Below the pieces are notes generated by a model. It did not search any database and was not told the origin of the DNA. It saw only the letters and a program-made list of their open reading frames with translations. From IMG/VR virus record IMGVR_UViG_3300013126_000042, positions 1 to 53,683 of that record: a stretch of DNA of 53,683 nucleotides, one strand, 5' to 3'. Positions 17,716-31,000 of the stretch are shown here, in pieces; position 1 is the first letter of the stretch; the number at the start of each line of letters is the position of its first letter. A program made the translations under genes and the position numbers. The stretch comes from a virus (taxonomy: Duplodnaviria; Caudoviricetes).

Positions 17716-18768
17716 ATGGCCATTGGTCGTATTTCTGGACCGCTCCTGAAGTCGAATCTTACTCGTGACGGGGTTGATCTGGCTTTTGAGACGGACCTAC
17801 TTTATCTTGATGTAAACAATCTCAGGGTCGGAGTGAACACTGCCGCGCCAGATTCTGATCTACAAGTAAGCGGAACTACTCATACAACAAATTTAGTCGT
17901 TGATAATCAAGTTGATGTAGGTACATTAAGTATCTACGGAAACACTATACAAAGTGATTTAAATACTATAAGTTTTAGTCCGTCCGGCGGACAAGCAACA
18001 ATCTATCATTCAAAATTACAAGTAGACGAAATTGAAATTTCGGGAAATATAATTTCTACTTTTAATTCAAATGCATCTATAGAACTTCAACCAAACGGCA
18101 GCGGAACAGTTAACATTCAATCAACAACCAATATCACTGGAAATCTTGCAGTGTCCGGTGATATTTCTGCTGTCGGTAACATACAGCTCAATGGTAATCT
18201 TATCATTGGCGATAGTCTTGCAGATACAATAACAATCAACGCAAGCATTCAAAGTGATTTGATTCCTCAGGCAGATAATACCTACGACTTAGGATCTTCT
18301 GCGTTTAGGTGGAAGAGTGCTTATATCGGTAATGTAGTCACAGACAATCTTGCGGTAAGCACTCTTGATGTAGGTAATCTCATGTTTCGTGATAATGAGA
18401 TTACTACAACTACTGGGCAAGACATTATAATTGACGGCAATGGATCAGGCGGTGTTCGACTAGCAAATTTTAAAATAGTAGACAATACTATAACCAATGT
18501 AGTCAGCGGAGCTATCACACAGATAGTTCAAAGTGGTACGGGATATTTTAAATTAGCAGGAACTAACGGTTTTGTTCCTCCCAGGGGCGATAATGCTCAA
18601 CGTCCAACCGCTTATGCTGTATTAGGAATGACAAGATTTAACATATCGTCCCTAGCATTAGAAGTATGGGACGGTGCTGCCTGGGCGAGCCCAGCAGGAT
18701 CAGCGGGCGCGGTAAGTGCAGCAGGTGCAGCAGATATTGCCGCTGCTTATGCATTAATTTTAGGATAA
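17716..18768 (+). CDS. Fibre-like virion structural protein (paralog of 16515)
   Basis: GRISGPLLKSNLTRDGVDLAFET; YDLGSSAFRW; ends AYALILG. Confidence 0.7.
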   Translation: MAIGRISGPLLKSNLTRDGVDLAFETDLLYLDVNNLRVGVNTAAPDSDLQVSGTTHTTNLVVDNQVDVGTLSIYGNTIQSDLNTISFSPSGGQATIYHSKLQVDEIEISGNIISTFNSNASIELQPNGSGTVNIQSTTNITGNLAVSGDISAVGNIQLNGNLIIGDSLADTITINASIQSDLIPQADNTYDLGSSAFRWKSAYIGNVVTDNLAVSTLDVGNLMFRDNEITTTTGQDIIIDGNGSGGVRLANFKIVDNTITNVVSGAITQIVQSGTGYFKLAGTNGFVPPRGDNAQRPTAYAVLGMTRFNISSLALEVWDGAAWASPAGSAGAVSAAGAADIAAAYALILG

Positions 18769-18772
18769 AGAA

Positions 18773-19105
18773 ATGCCAACAATTTTTAAACATTCATTAG
18801 TTACTCAAATAGGAACAGTTCCAACAGATGTGGTAACTATAGGTGCCGGTGTTCGCGCCACAGTTATAGGATGTAATTTATCTAACGTTACAGACTACGA
18901 CACTGTTATAGCTGATGTTTTTGTTGTTGGAGCTGACACAACAGTTGCACACTATATCAGAGGTCTTACAATACCTCCTAATACTTCGGTAAAGTTAATA
19001 ACACAAGGTGAAAAATTAATTTTACCTGAAAACACAGGTGTTAGAATCGTAACCGATACTTCTGATAGTGTAGATGCTACAGTCAGCTATGTAGAAATAT
19101 CATAA
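18773..19105 (+). CDS. Small beta-rich adaptor-like structural protein
   Basis: ATVIGCNLSN, IPPNTS, GEKLIL, DATVSYVEI; this type of gene typically follows a fibre gene. Confidence 0.7.
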   Translation: MPTIFKHSLVTQIGTVPTDVVTIGAGVRATVIGCNLSNVTDYDTVIADVFVVGADTTVAHYIRGLTIPPNTSVKLITQGEKLILPENTGVRIVTDTSDSVDATVSYVEIS

Positions 19106-19116
19106 TAGGAAAATTT

Positions 19117-19482
19117 ATGTCTGCAAATTATTATTTAGGCGTAACACCACAAGAATTACTAGGAGATAGTCCTAGATTTTTATATCTTATTAGAAGAAAT
19201 GACGATGGCGAAATTTTCTTAATTCGCAGCGACCAGTTAAAAGATAAAGATAGTATAGAATTAAATGAGCCTGGAATCCCATCAGAAAATTTTGAAGATT
19301 TTGAGCCAGGCATAGACTTTTTTGATGGTATAAATGAAGCGCATAATGCTGTCTATGATAATTTAATTTGGACCCAATATAGATGGGATAATCGACCTAT
19401 TCTTTATTATGTGAATGCATCAGGTCAATTAGTGCAAAGAATAAATCAAAATTATACATATCCAACAGGACATTCAAGTTAA
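19117..19482 (+). CDS. Hypothetical (probably structural) protein
   Basis: 121 aa with RBS, tightly packed in the operon. Confidence 0.7.
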   Translation: MSANYYLGVTPQELLGDSPRFLYLIRRNDDGEIFLIRSDQLKDKDSIELNEPGIPSENFEDFEPGIDFFDGINEAHNAVYDNLIWTQYRWDNRPILYYVNASGQLVQRINQNYTYPTGHSS

Positions 19483-19493
19483 CGGGGTAAAAA

Positions 19494-22400
19494 ATGGCAG
19501 AATTTAAGATCAGCAGGATTAGATATACCTGGAGAAACAATTGGACTACTACCACAGTCTATAATAAAGACGACATAGTAAGATATGGCGGAGCTAGTTG
19601 GGTCTGTATGAGACAGCATACAGCAGGTATTTTTGCTTCCGATCAAACATTTCTAGCCAATCCTAGTGATACTGATTTTACACCAGCCTGGAGAAAAATG
19701 ACTGACGGATACCTCTACAGAGGTAATTGGGCAGCTGCCACATTATATAATCCAGGAGATATTATAAAATATGCAGGTAATCTCTACTTAATAGTTAACA
19801 GTTTTACTTCCGGTGCGTTATTTAATTCTAACATCGCAGACGTTACTGTTTATGCAGCTGGTTATAATTACAGACAAAACTGGCAGGCACTGACCAGATA
19901 CGGAGTCAATGATGTTGTACGCTACGGCGGTAATGTCTATAAATGCACAATTGAACATACTTCAACCACTACTACTAACGGATTAGAATTTGACAGCAGT
20001 AACTGGGCAACACATTTTGTAGGTATTGAGTTTAAAGGTGATTATACTGTAAGTACAAGATATAAGCCAAACGACATTGTGCTTCGTGATGGTACATTAT
20101 TAATTTGTTTAGAAGGTTATACTTCATCATCTGAATTTGACGCTACAAAATGGGAAATAGAATTATTAGGTGCTGAATTTAACGGCGAATGGAATAATTC
20201 AACTTATTACGGTATTGGTAGTGTGGTTAGGCACGGAGGCTTTACCTATTCAGCACTGAGATCAAGTTACGGACAAAATCCATATCTATCATCTTATCAA
20301 GCAGAAACCAATGATCCGTATTGGCAGAAATTATCTGAGAATTATAATTTCAGAGGACTATGGAGTTCTACTAATACTTATAAAACCGGCGATGTAGTGC
20401 GCAGAGGCGGAATCTTATATGTGGCTTTGTTAGATACAACCGCTGACGGAAGCTCTGTAGATTATCTAGACACTAGTAATTGGGAAGTATTAGATATAGG
20501 ACAAAATGCTAGGGGAGCCTGGACTGAAGGTCAAACTTATGCTGCAGGAGATCTAGTTACTTTTATCGGTGACGTTTACAAGTGTAACTTTGAACATCTA
20601 GCATCGGATCAAAACTATCCTGGTGACAGTGGATCGGGATTTATCTATTGGGATATATTAATACAAAGCGCAGGACCTAACGTAGGTCTAAGACAGTTAG
20701 GTGACTTGCTTACCTATGATTTATCAAGAAGTCTAGCAGGAGATACCAGTACTTTTGGTGTAACAAATATTGAACTTGGTAATCAAGGAGAGTTATTAAG
20801 CGTTAATAGCGATAACAGCACTGAGTATAGAGTATTTGGTACTATAGCTCGAGTATTTTTTGTAGGCAAAGACGGTGTTGATGACGGTGACGATCCTTTA
20901 AGAGGAACTATTTTGTCATCTCCTTGGAGAACTGTACGCTATGCCTGTTATAGAGCCGACGACGGTTTTTCTGGTTTTACAACTATCAATGTTGGCACAG
21001 GAGTGTTTGAAGAAATTTTACCGATAGTTGTGCCTAAAAGAACAGTGGTATTAGGATCTGAATTAAGATCAACAGTAATAATAGCAGCAGATGCTGATCC
21101 GGCATTGGCCACTGACAGAATATATTTCAAAGCTGGACTAACAAGATTATCTAATATTATACAGACTTTGTTAGCACAGACTACACTTAATCCCGCTAAA
21201 ACAAATACAAACACTTTGAATCCGGTAACATTAGGATTAGATACAGGTCAGGAAACAGGTGAAGCTCCTGCACTATCAGTGCAATCTTTGATTACATCAT
21301 TTAATCAATATATCGATTATCATATTGCAGGGACAGGCAGCACCCCAAATGTCAGCGGTTCAAACAGCATAACCACAGATCAAGAATATTTAAACGCAGC
21401 TTTGGTACTAGCTGCTAACAAGGCTTTCTGTATTGAAGAAATTGTTAAATTTTTACAATTAACATATCCATTGTATACAGTACCCGAATCTTACTACAGA
21501 CAAATATTACCTAGGATTATTGATAGTTTTGTTTATGATATCAAATATACGGGAAATTATAAAACACTAAGAGAAGCAAGAGGCTACGTTAGCGCAGTCG
21601 AAGGTAGTTCTTCAGAAGACATGTTCTATATGAGAGATGCTACCGGACTAAGAGATTGTACTCTTAAAGGATTGGAAGGAATTTTAAATCCACCTACGGT
21701 ATTTGACCTTTATAGAAGACCGACAGGAGGAACATTTGTTGGATTAGATCCAGGGTGGGGACCAAACGATCAAAATGTTTGGATCACTACCAGATCACCT
21801 TATATCCAAGGCGTAACAAATATTGGCACTGCTTGCACAGGACAAAAGATCAACGGAGCATTGCATAACGGTGGAAATCGTTCAATGGTTTCCAATGACT
21901 TTACACAGGTGCTTAGTGACGGAATCGGAGCGTTGGTTCAAAATAATGGTAGAGCAGAATTAGTTTCAGTGTTTACATATTATTGTACAATCGGATACCT
22001 GGCTGAAAATGGTGGAATCATAAGAGGCACCAACGGAAATTGTTCGTATGGAAATTACGGTGCGATTGCTGACGGCAATGATTCGACCGAAACTCCTGAA
22101 ACAATCACAGTTAATGCAAGGAATAATCAAGCAATAGTGGCAAATGCATTTGCCGGCGAATTTGTTGACGAAATACAAATATTAGAATTTTATAATGCAG
22201 GAGAAAGATATACTCAGGCCGGTGCAACATTTACTTCAGCTGGAATAAATGCATCGGTAAGTTTTGAAGATTTTAGAGATCAAGCTATTTTTGAAGCTCG
22301 TCCTATTGATACTTCAACAACACCGGCGTCAGAAATAATAGGTGGCGGTGGTTACAGTGTTATTCAAGGTAATGCTCAGGTTCATACCACTCCCAACGGT

Positions 22401-24989
22401 GATCTAACATCTATCACCATTTCTGCTTCTGACATAAATTTACAAACAGATTATTTAGGAAAACGAATTATTATTGTTAGCGGCACAGGCACAGGACAAT
22501 ATGGATATGTTACTGCTTACAATACCACATCTAAGGTAGTTTCAGTATCAAAAGAATCCGATGATACTCCAGGTTGGGATCATGTGATAGCAGGAAAAGA
22601 GATCGCTAACCCTATCGACACCACGACAAGATATAGAATAGAACCAAGAATCACTTTTAGTGAGCCAGATTTTTCAGTAGCAGCAGTTAATACCACCGTT
22701 AATACTTTTTGGAGTGATATCTGTTACGGTGAACTTACTCAATCATTTACTAACGTAGTTGGAGATAGTGGATCAGGACAGACAATTGATGTTCCTGCGG
22801 CTACTGCAACTTTTAATGTTAATCAAGTAGGAAGAGAATATTCAGTAACATTGGTTAATGCAGGTGCAGGATATTCTGTAGGTGATACAATAACCATAGA
22901 AGGAAATTCGATAGGCGGCCAAATAGGTATCAACGATATTACAATTACTGTAACAGGTACAAGTGAAGACAGTACTAATTCAATAATTTCTTTTACCTAC
23001 GAAGGAACTGGACATAGCGGTAAGTTTGTGGCAGTAGCGTTAGGCGGAAGTGCTGGTGTCTATTCAGCCAATGCACTAGACTGGGTTTCATTCAACATGC
23101 CCAGTAGCGGTGATTGGATAGGAGTAGCAGCAGGTAATAATAGATTCGTAGCTATAAGATACGGCAGTAACCAATGTTCAAGTTCATTCGACGGAATAAC
23201 TTGGACTGCTCGTACTATGCCAGCGTCTAGAAATTGGACAGCGGTGGCATATGGTGGAGGAAAATTTGTTGCAGTTGCTGAAGATCTAAACAGTTCAGCA
23301 TATTCTTTAAACGGCCAAACTTGGATTTCTTCTAGTATGCCAGTAATTGGTGATTCTACAGAAAATCAATGGATAGATCTAGCCTATGGTAAAGGCCGTT
23401 GGGTAGCTATTGCTAATTCTAACAACGTAGCTGCTTACAGTGATGACGGAATAAATTGGTCAGGCACAGTCATGGATGTCGTAACAGACAGCAGTCAGCG
23501 AGATTGGGTGTCTGTGGCCTACGGCAATAATAGATGGATTACTGTGTCATCTCAAGGAGATTGTGCATATAGCTTTGACGGAATTACCTGGTATGCATCA
23601 ACTATGCCTAAGCAGGACGGATCAACACCTCATAGCTGGACTAGAGTAAGATATGGACAGGGAATATTCTTTGCTGTGGGCAGTACAGGTAATAGAGTAG
23701 TAGGCGGAGACCCTACAGCAGATTTAACAACATATTCAGCAACGAGCCCAGACGGAATAAATTGGACAGGTAGAACTCTTGCAACATCTGCAGTCTATAC
23801 TTCTGTTGCATTAGGCAATCCCTATATAGAATTGGACGATTCAAGTACAGGAGCTAATACACCTTTATGGGTAGCTGTAGCAGACAATAATGCTAATTTC
23901 CAAAGAATTAGAACCGGAAAGCGTGCCTTAGGCAGAGTCGAAGTAAGATCAGGTATAATTTCAAAAGTAAAATTTTGGGATACAGGATCCGGTTATAGAG
24001 AACCACCAACTTATACAATAACAGATCCTAGTTCGACCAGCGATGCAGTTCTAGAAGTTAGATTAGGAGACGGTGTATTAACTAATCCTGAATGGATTAA
24101 TCGTGGTTCTGGATATAGGACTTCTAGTACAACTGTAACTATATCCGGTAACGGTTATGCTGATGTATATCCTGTGGGTAAATTTGTAACAGTTGATGGA
24201 CTAGGTTTCTATCCAAAACCTGGAGCTCAGGTGCAGTTTACAGGCAATACTCAAGTTTATCAGTTAGTTGATGTTGAAGAACTTGGTGCAATTAATGGCG
24301 GACTTAGTGCTACGTTAAGATTAACACCTAATATTAAAATAAGAGATTATTTTACGCATGGTACTTCGGGAACTATACGAATCAGATACAGTCAGGTAAG
24401 AATTACCGGACACGATTTCTTAGATGTTGGTACTGGAAATTTTGAACAAACTAATTATCCTGAAATTTATGCGACCGGTGTTTACCAACCTACTCCAGAA
24501 AATGAAGTTTATGAGGAATCTGGTGGTAGGGTATTCTATACCAGCACGGATCAAAGCGGTAACTTTAGAGCAGGTGAATTGTTTGCTGTAGAACAAGCAA
24601 CAGGTATTGTAACAATCAGTGCTGATTTCTTTGATCTGTCAGGTTTAACAGAACTGAGAATTGGCGGGGTAAGATTAGGCGGATCGGGAGTTGTTATTAG
24701 AGAATTTTCAACTGATGCACTGTTTACCGCTGATTCAAACAACATAGTTCCTACACAGAAAGCTATTGCTGCTTATTTGAATAACAGATTAACAGTAGGC
24801 GGATCAGAAATTTCAACATCTAGCTTTATTGCTGGTTTTGTAAGAGTTGGTCCTGATTTAATAAACCATACATTAACACAAAAAATTATTATTCCTGTTA
24901 GAGCAGATTTTGAGTCTACAGTAGAAACTGTTGGAGTAAGCGGCAGTATTGTAGCGCAGGCAATGTTCTACAAATCTTTCAATCAATAA
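19494..24989 (+). CDS. Giant virion structural / fibre protein (1831 aa)
   Basis: N-terminal W...Y..GDVV.YGG..Y repeats (CBM5/12-like), a central beta-helix-like region and S.DG..W (BNR/Asp-box-like) propeller repeats; paralog of the next gene. Confidence 0.75.
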   Translation: MAEFKISRIRYTWRNNWTTTTVYNKDDIVRYGGASWVCMRQHTAGIFASDQTFLANPSDTDFTPAWRKMTDGYLYRGNWAAATLYNPGDIIKYAGNLYLIVNSFTSGALFNSNIADVTVYAAGYNYRQNWQALTRYGVNDVVRYGGNVYKCTIEHTSTTTTNGLEFDSSNWATHFVGIEFKGDYTVSTRYKPNDIVLRDGTLLICLEGYTSSSEFDATKWEIELLGAEFNGEWNNSTYYGIGSVVRHGGFTYSALRSSYGQNPYLSSYQAETNDPYWQKLSENYNFRGLWSSTNTYKTGDVVRRGGILYVALLDTTADGSSVDYLDTSNWEVLDIGQNARGAWTEGQTYAAGDLVTFIGDVYKCNFEHLASDQNYPGDSGSGFIYWDILIQSAGPNVGLRQLGDLLTYDLSRSLAGDTSTFGVTNIELGNQGELLSVNSDNSTEYRVFGTIARVFFVGKDGVDDGDDPLRGTILSSPWRTVRYACYRADDGFSGFTTINVGTGVFEEILPIVVPKRTVVLGSELRSTVIIAADADPALATDRIYFKAGLTRLSNIIQTLLAQTTLNPAKTNTNTLNPVTLGLDTGQETGEAPALSVQSLITSFNQYIDYHIAGTGSTPNVSGSNSITTDQEYLNAALVLAANKAFCIEEIVKFLQLTYPLYTVPESYYRQILPRIIDSFVYDIKYTGNYKTLREARGYVSAVEGSSSEDMFYMRDATGLRDCTLKGLEGILNPPTVFDLYRRPTGGTFVGLDPGWGPNDQNVWITTRSPYIQGVTNIGTACTGQKINGALHNGGNRSMVSNDFTQVLSDGIGALVQNNGRAELVSVFTYYCTIGYLAENGGIIRGTNGNCSYGNYGAIADGNDSTETPETITVNARNNQAIVANAFAGEFVDEIQILEFYNAGERYTQAGATFTSAGINASVSFEDFRDQAIFEARPIDTSTTPASEIIGGGGYSVIQGNAQVHTTPNGDLTSITISASDINLQTDYLGKRIIIVSGTGTGQYGYVTAYNTTSKVVSVSKESDDTPGWDHVIAGKEIANPIDTTTRYRIEPRITFSEPDFSVAAVNTTVNTFWSDICYGELTQSFTNVVGDSGSGQTIDVPAATATFNVNQVGREYSVTLVNAGAGYSVGDTITIEGNSIGGQIGINDITITVTGTSEDSTNSIISFTYEGTGHSGKFVAVALGGSAGVYSANALDWVSFNMPSSGDWIGVAAGNNRFVAIRYGSNQCSSSFDGITWTARTMPASRNWTAVAYGGGKFVAVAEDLNSSAYSLNGQTWISSSMPVIGDSTENQWIDLAYGKGRWVAIANSNNVAAYSDDGINWSGTVMDVVTDSSQRDWVSVAYGNNRWITVSSQGDCAYSFDGITWYASTMPKQDGSTPHSWTRVRYGQGIFFAVGSTGNRVVGGDPTADLTTYSATSPDGINWTGRTLATSAVYTSVALGNPYIELDDSSTGANTPLWVAVADNNANFQRIRTGKRALGRVEVRSGIISKVKFWDTGSGYREPPTYTITDPSSTSDAVLEVRLGDGVLTNPEWINRGSGYRTSSTTVTISGNGYADVYPVGKFVTVDGLGFYPKPGAQVQFTGNTQVYQLVDVEELGAINGGLSATLRLTPNIKIRDYFTHGTSGTIRIRYSQVRITGHDFLDVGTGNFEQTNYPEIYATGVYQPTPENEVYEESGGRVFYTSTDQSGNFRAGELFAVEQATGIVTISADFFDLSGLTELRIGGVRLGGSGVVIREFSTDALFTADSNNIVPTQKAIAAYLNNRLTVGGSEISTSSFIAGFVRVGPDLINHTLTQKIIIPVRADFESTVETVGVSGSIVAQAMFYKSFNQ

Positions 24990-25018
24990 TGAAATAAATA
25001 TACGATACGGAGTGCAAA

Positions 25019-28000
25019 ATGGCAGAATTTAAACTAGGTAGAATTAGATTTGTATGGAAAGGTCCTTGGACGACCGCTACAACATACTATATTGATGACG
25101 TTGTTAGATACGGCGGAAAAACATATATTTGTGCGGTAGGTCATACGGCAGCTGCTGATTTTAATACGGATCTAGAATATAGTCCCACTAAATGGAATCT
25201 AATGTCGGATGGACAAGAATGGAAAGGCGATTGGTCAATTTCCACTTTCTACAAATTAAATGACATTGTCAAATATGGAGGATATCTCTATGTTTGTAAT
25301 GATAGTCACACTTCTGCTGCAACTCTAGCATCCGGTTTAGAAAATGATCAAGGTAAATGGACTTTATTCTTAGAAGGTTTTGATTGGAAAGGATCTTGGA
25401 ACGCTCTAATTAGATATAAAGTAAATGATCTTGTAAGCTACGGTGGAATCACATATGTTTGTAATCAAGGACATACTTCTGCTGCGACAACAGCGTTAGG
25501 CCTAGAAGCAGATCAAAGTAAATGGGATACATTTAATGCAGGTTTAGATTACAAGGGATCTTGGACTGTTTCGGCAAGATATAAAGTAAATGATGTAGTA
25601 AAATACGGTGGCGGACTATGGATCTGTACTGTATATCATACTGCATCTGCATTGTTTGCCACAGATTCTGCAAATTGGACTCAGTTAGTCGGTGGTTTTA
25701 CATTTGAAGATGCTTGGAATAGTTCTACACTTTATCAACCGGGAGATATTGTAAGATACGGTGGAAATCAATACGTAGCTTTACTAAATCATTCTAATGA
25801 AGTTCCATCAACCAGCACATCTAATTGGAGTTTGTTCAGCAAAGGATTTAGTTTTGTCAGTGATTGGGTCAATACCACTTCTTATAAGGTAGGTGAAGTT
25901 GCAAGACTGGGCGGATATACATATCTTGCCACCGCAGATTCTCCTTCTATCGTAACTACAGGTACAGCTTCAAACGCTGGTACAGGTCTGTTCACAGTTA
26001 CTTCTACAGCCAATATGGTTGTAGGAATGTCAGTGAAATTCAGCGGAACAACTTTTGGAAATGTAAGTTCTGATACAAATTATTATATTAGAACTATTCC
26101 TGGCGGAGCTGAATTTACTATCAGCACACAACCAGGAGGCACAGCATTCGTTCCATCAACTGCTACTGGATCTATGACAGTAACCGTAGCACCTAAGCCA
26201 CCTAACAGTTCTTACTGGACAAAATTAAGTGGTGGATTTGATTGGAAAGGAAGTTGGATCGATGATGCTGATTATGTACTAGGAGATATTGTAAGATACA
26301 ATAGCAATACATATGTCTGTGTGCTGGCTCACAGATCAGAAAGTGATGACGGCTCAACAATTAGACCAGCAGGTGGCGGCGCTGCAGACAGCAGACCTGA
26401 TCAAGATGTTACCGGTACTTATTGGAATTTATTTGCAGTAGGATCTGATACCGCAGTATTGACCACCAAAGGTGATTTGGTTTATTACGGAAATAATGGT
26501 CCAACAAGATTGCCAATAGGTCTAGAAGGACAGGTATTAAGAGCAGGTGACGAGATTCCTGAATGGGTTTCATTAGGTGCGCAGGATTTTGAATATTTTG
26601 TAGCACCTAATGGTGTAGACTTACCAGCGCCTATTTGGGGCAGAAGCTTTGATAAACCATGGAAAACAATTAGGTATGCCTGCGAACAGGTAGAAAACGG
26701 ACCTAGGAATCCAAATGCAAAATATCTGTTAGAAATGAATCGCGCATTTATACAGAAAGAAGTTACAGAATGGATTCAATATCAAATAACAAATAATATC
26801 ACACCTTTTATTACATCTTTTGACTACGACGAATACAAGTGTGAAAGAGATGTTGGTTTTATCATAGATGCTTTGATCTACGATCTAGGTCACGGTGGTA
26901 ATGTAAGAACACGAGGTGCTGCTAATGCATTTGTAGGAGGACTAACAGAGTCTGAGAATATGCCTTACGGAGGAGCAGGCCTAGCAGCAGAATCAGATGA
27001 ATCAGTCGCGGCATATACATATTTTCTTACAGTTGTTGAATCAGTTCTAGATAATCAAGCACCAGCAGTAAATTATCAAACACTGAACGGAGACAATTCT
27101 ACAGCAGTAGTTGGCCAATTTATTGATACCGATTATACATCCGAAGATGTTATGGCCACAGTTACTGATCTAGTAGAAATAGTTACTGATGCAATTACAG
27201 CAGGTGTAGCAACTAACATTCCTGAAAGAGACAGTCCTAATAATCTAATAAGAATCGCCACAGGAACATATAGAGAAACATTACCTATTATTGTTCCAGA
27301 ACAAACCGCACTGCTTGGAGACGAGCTACGTTCAACCAATGCTGGTCCTGCAGGAAGTTTAACAAATAGATCAGATTCTAAGTATAGCGTAGAAACACTA
27401 ACAAGATTAGAAACTGTTCTGGGACAGATCATTCTTGGCTCAAATGTCACAGAATCAGCAGGAAATACCAGCACACAAGATGTAGCATTTCCATATGCAA
27501 GCACTGTAGAAGAAACTGATATCAAACGTCTAGTAAGAATGATGCAGCACCGTATTGATTTCAGCGTAGGTACAATGAATCTTGCATCTAGTGCTGATCC
27601 AACAGGATACAATTCTGCATATCTTGCAGGTTACGGTGATGCCAGAACTTTATTAAAAGAAAATAAAGAATTTATCAAAGCTGAAATAATTGCTTATATC
27701 ACTACAAATTATCCAACAATAAAATACAGTAGAACTGCCTGTAAACGAGATGTTGGATATATCGTAGATGCAATGATCTATGATCTAACCTACAGCGGGT
27801 CTACTCAAACACTAAATGCAGGCCTAGCCTATTATGATGGAGCTGGATCAAATCTGATGATTGATTCGACTGAGGTAACAGCAACAATAGCAGCATATGG
27901 ACGTTTAAAAACGGTGATGCAGCAGATTATTGCCAATACTTCGGTAACTGCTTCTTCTGGTAATGTCAGCACTCAGTGGACTGATACTACAAATCTAACC

Positions 28001-31000
28001 GGTGGTTCTGCAGCGAATAGTTTTGTTGGTGGTAACATAGATATTATCACCGCTATCCTTGCCGCAGGATCAACTACTGGCCGACCAAGTGTTACAGTAT
28101 CTTCAATTACCGGTACAAATACTTTTAATACCAGCGCAGCTCACGGATTAGCCGCAGGTGATCTTGTAGTACCTAGAACAACGGCTAACGGTGTAACAGT
28201 TGACGTTAGATATTATGTGATTTCAGCAGGACTAACTTCAACTGCATTTAGACTTGCTACAAGTTATGCAGGATCTGCAATAACTGTTACCAACGGAACA
28301 GGTCTGAGTATAGTATTAGATACCGAAGACAGACCTGCAGCTACAAATGCAGTGACTACCACCACAGCTCTGATCAATGCTTATACTACTTTAAGTGCAG
28401 CAGTTTCGACCATTGTCACAGATATGACAGCGTACATCACTGCAAATTATGGCTCTTTAAGTTATAACAGTGCAAAATGTCAACGTGATGCTAGAATAAT
28501 CTTAGATGCTGTTGGATACGATTTTATGTTCAACAGCAATTTCCAAACTTTGAAAGCAGCATACGCATATTTGAGATCAAGTGCTAGCGATGTTTTTGAG
28601 AATAACCAAAAGGCAGCAACAAGAGCAGCTTTTAGTTACGTTAAAACACAGGCTAAATCTAATGTTGGGGGTGATGCTACCGCTCAAAGTAGAATTGAAA
28701 CACTGATGACTTTGTTAGACGACATAATTTTTGGAGCTACTGACGAGGGTTCATCTTGCGCAACAGGATTACGATCAGCAGACTACGCACTGTTACAATT
28801 AGAAAGAAATAGATCTTATATTGTCAACGAACTGTCTGCATACATAAGTTCTACCTATACAACAACAGCCAGTGCGACAGCAGCAACTACTAATTTAATT
28901 ACAGTTAGCAGCACAAGTTGGATGCAGCGTAATACTGCGATAAGATTTACTGGTACACCTGTAGGCGGGCTAGCTACAAACACTACCTATTACGTACAGA
29001 ATGTTGTTAGTTCAACTACATTTAAAGTATCCTCAACTAGAGATAGCAATACTGCACTAACATTATCTAGTGCATCTGGTTCTTTCACAGTTAGTTTATA
29101 TTATGATTCAGCATTGTGCGAACGTGATGTTAACAGATACATTGATGCGTTAAAGTATGATCTTAAATATCCAGGCAACTATAAGTCAAGAATGGCTGCT
29201 AGATTATATGCTAACTCTGTTCTAGGTAGCTTGGAAGAGGATATGTTCTATCTAAGAGACAATACTGGTGTTAGAGATATGACTCTAGAAGGGTTGACCG
29301 GAGATTTATTAGCTCCGAACGAATACGGAACTTCTAGAGTAAGTGCAGGTGCTTATTGTTCACTTGATCCAGGATGGGGTCCTGACGATTTTAGAACTTG
29401 GATTAATACTCGTTCGCCCTATGTACAAGGAGTTTCTACATTTGGTACTGCGGCCATTGGTCAAAAAATTGACGGAGCATTACACAACGGTGGTAACGAT
29501 TCAATAGTATCAAATGATTTTACACAGGTAATAAGTGATGGTATCGGTGCTTGGGTGGCTAACAACGGCCGCGCAGAACTAGTATCTGTGTTCACTTATT
29601 ATGCTCACGTTGGTTATCTATCAACCGGCGGCGGCAGAATTAGAGGCACCAACGGTAACTGCTCATATGGAGATTTTGGTGCAGTAGCAGAAGGATACGA
29701 TGTAACTGAAACACCAAATACAGCTACGGTTGATAACAGATTCCAATTTGATGCTGTGGTAGGATCGGTATTTACTGATACAGAAGCAATTTATCAACTA
29801 GAATTTGATAATGCAGGTATAGATTATACAGAAGCTACCTGGACTATTACTGGCGGTGGCGCCGGTGCAAACGTGCTGCAGAACGAATTCAGAGATGATG
29901 GAGTTTTTACAGTAAGATTATTAGATTTGGTTGATGACAGTACCAATGCCCCAGAAGCATCAGGTAATTTTGGCGGATTTGGATATATCACAAATTCCAA
30001 TACAGCCCAGACAGGTTCGACTACTTCGTTAACTTTAGCAGCGACCGACTCAGAAACCAGCTCTGCTTATGTAGGAATGAAGATTTATCTCACAGGAGGT
30101 ACAGGAGTAGGCCAGTTTGGAATTATCAGTGCTTATAACAGCGGAACAAAAATAGCCAGTGTGGTAAAAGAAACAACAGGAGCATCTGGTTGGGATCATA
30201 TGATTTCAGGTACAGCAATCGCTACTCCTGATGCATCTACTACCTATACTATAGAACCAGCTGTTAGTTTTACAGCACCTACATTTACTAATGTAGCAGG
30301 CACTATGAGTTCATCCGGTGTTTGGTCTAATGTTATTTTTGGATCAACTACAGCATCTTACACTTCTCAATACGGTACATATACAGGATCGGGTACAGGT
30401 GCTAATTTTACTGTGGTAAGAAACGGTTGGAAATATACAACATATATTCAAACAGCTGGATCGGGTTACGAGCGTTTAGAAACAATCACTATAGCAGGAA
30501 CTAATCTTGGCGGACTTTCTAGTACCAATGATCTGGTTATAACTATTACTGCTGTTTCTACTTCAGGTGCAATTTTAGCATTTGATACAGAAGGATCTGG
30601 ATGCGGTGGTAGATTTGTAGCTTTACGCACAGGAGGTACTACAGCAGGTGCATATTCTGACAACGGTTCGACCTGGACAGCGATGACATTACCGTCGTCC
30701 GGTAACTGGACAGCATTAGCACACGGTCTTATCGAAGACGGATCTAGTGTTCTTCAACAATCAAGATTTGTTGCTATACGCACAGGATCTGATGCAGCAG
30801 CTTATAGTGACGACGGTATAACCTGGACTGCAACAACTATGCCAACCAGCACAAACTGGACATCTGTTGTGTTTGGTAATGATAGATTCGTAGCTGTAAA
30901 CAGTTCTAACAGTACCGTGGCAGTTTCATTAGACGGTGTTGTGTGGGATATTACAGGAACCAATACAGGAGCAGCTACAGAGATAACCTACGGTAAAGGT

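Noticed and set aside
15886-18768. P.GT..QRP...R(F/Y)N modules reminiscent of Mtd N-terminal domains, hinting at a diversity-generating retroelement
   Set aside because: No reverse transcriptase and no template/variable repeat pair differing at adenines were seen in the window.
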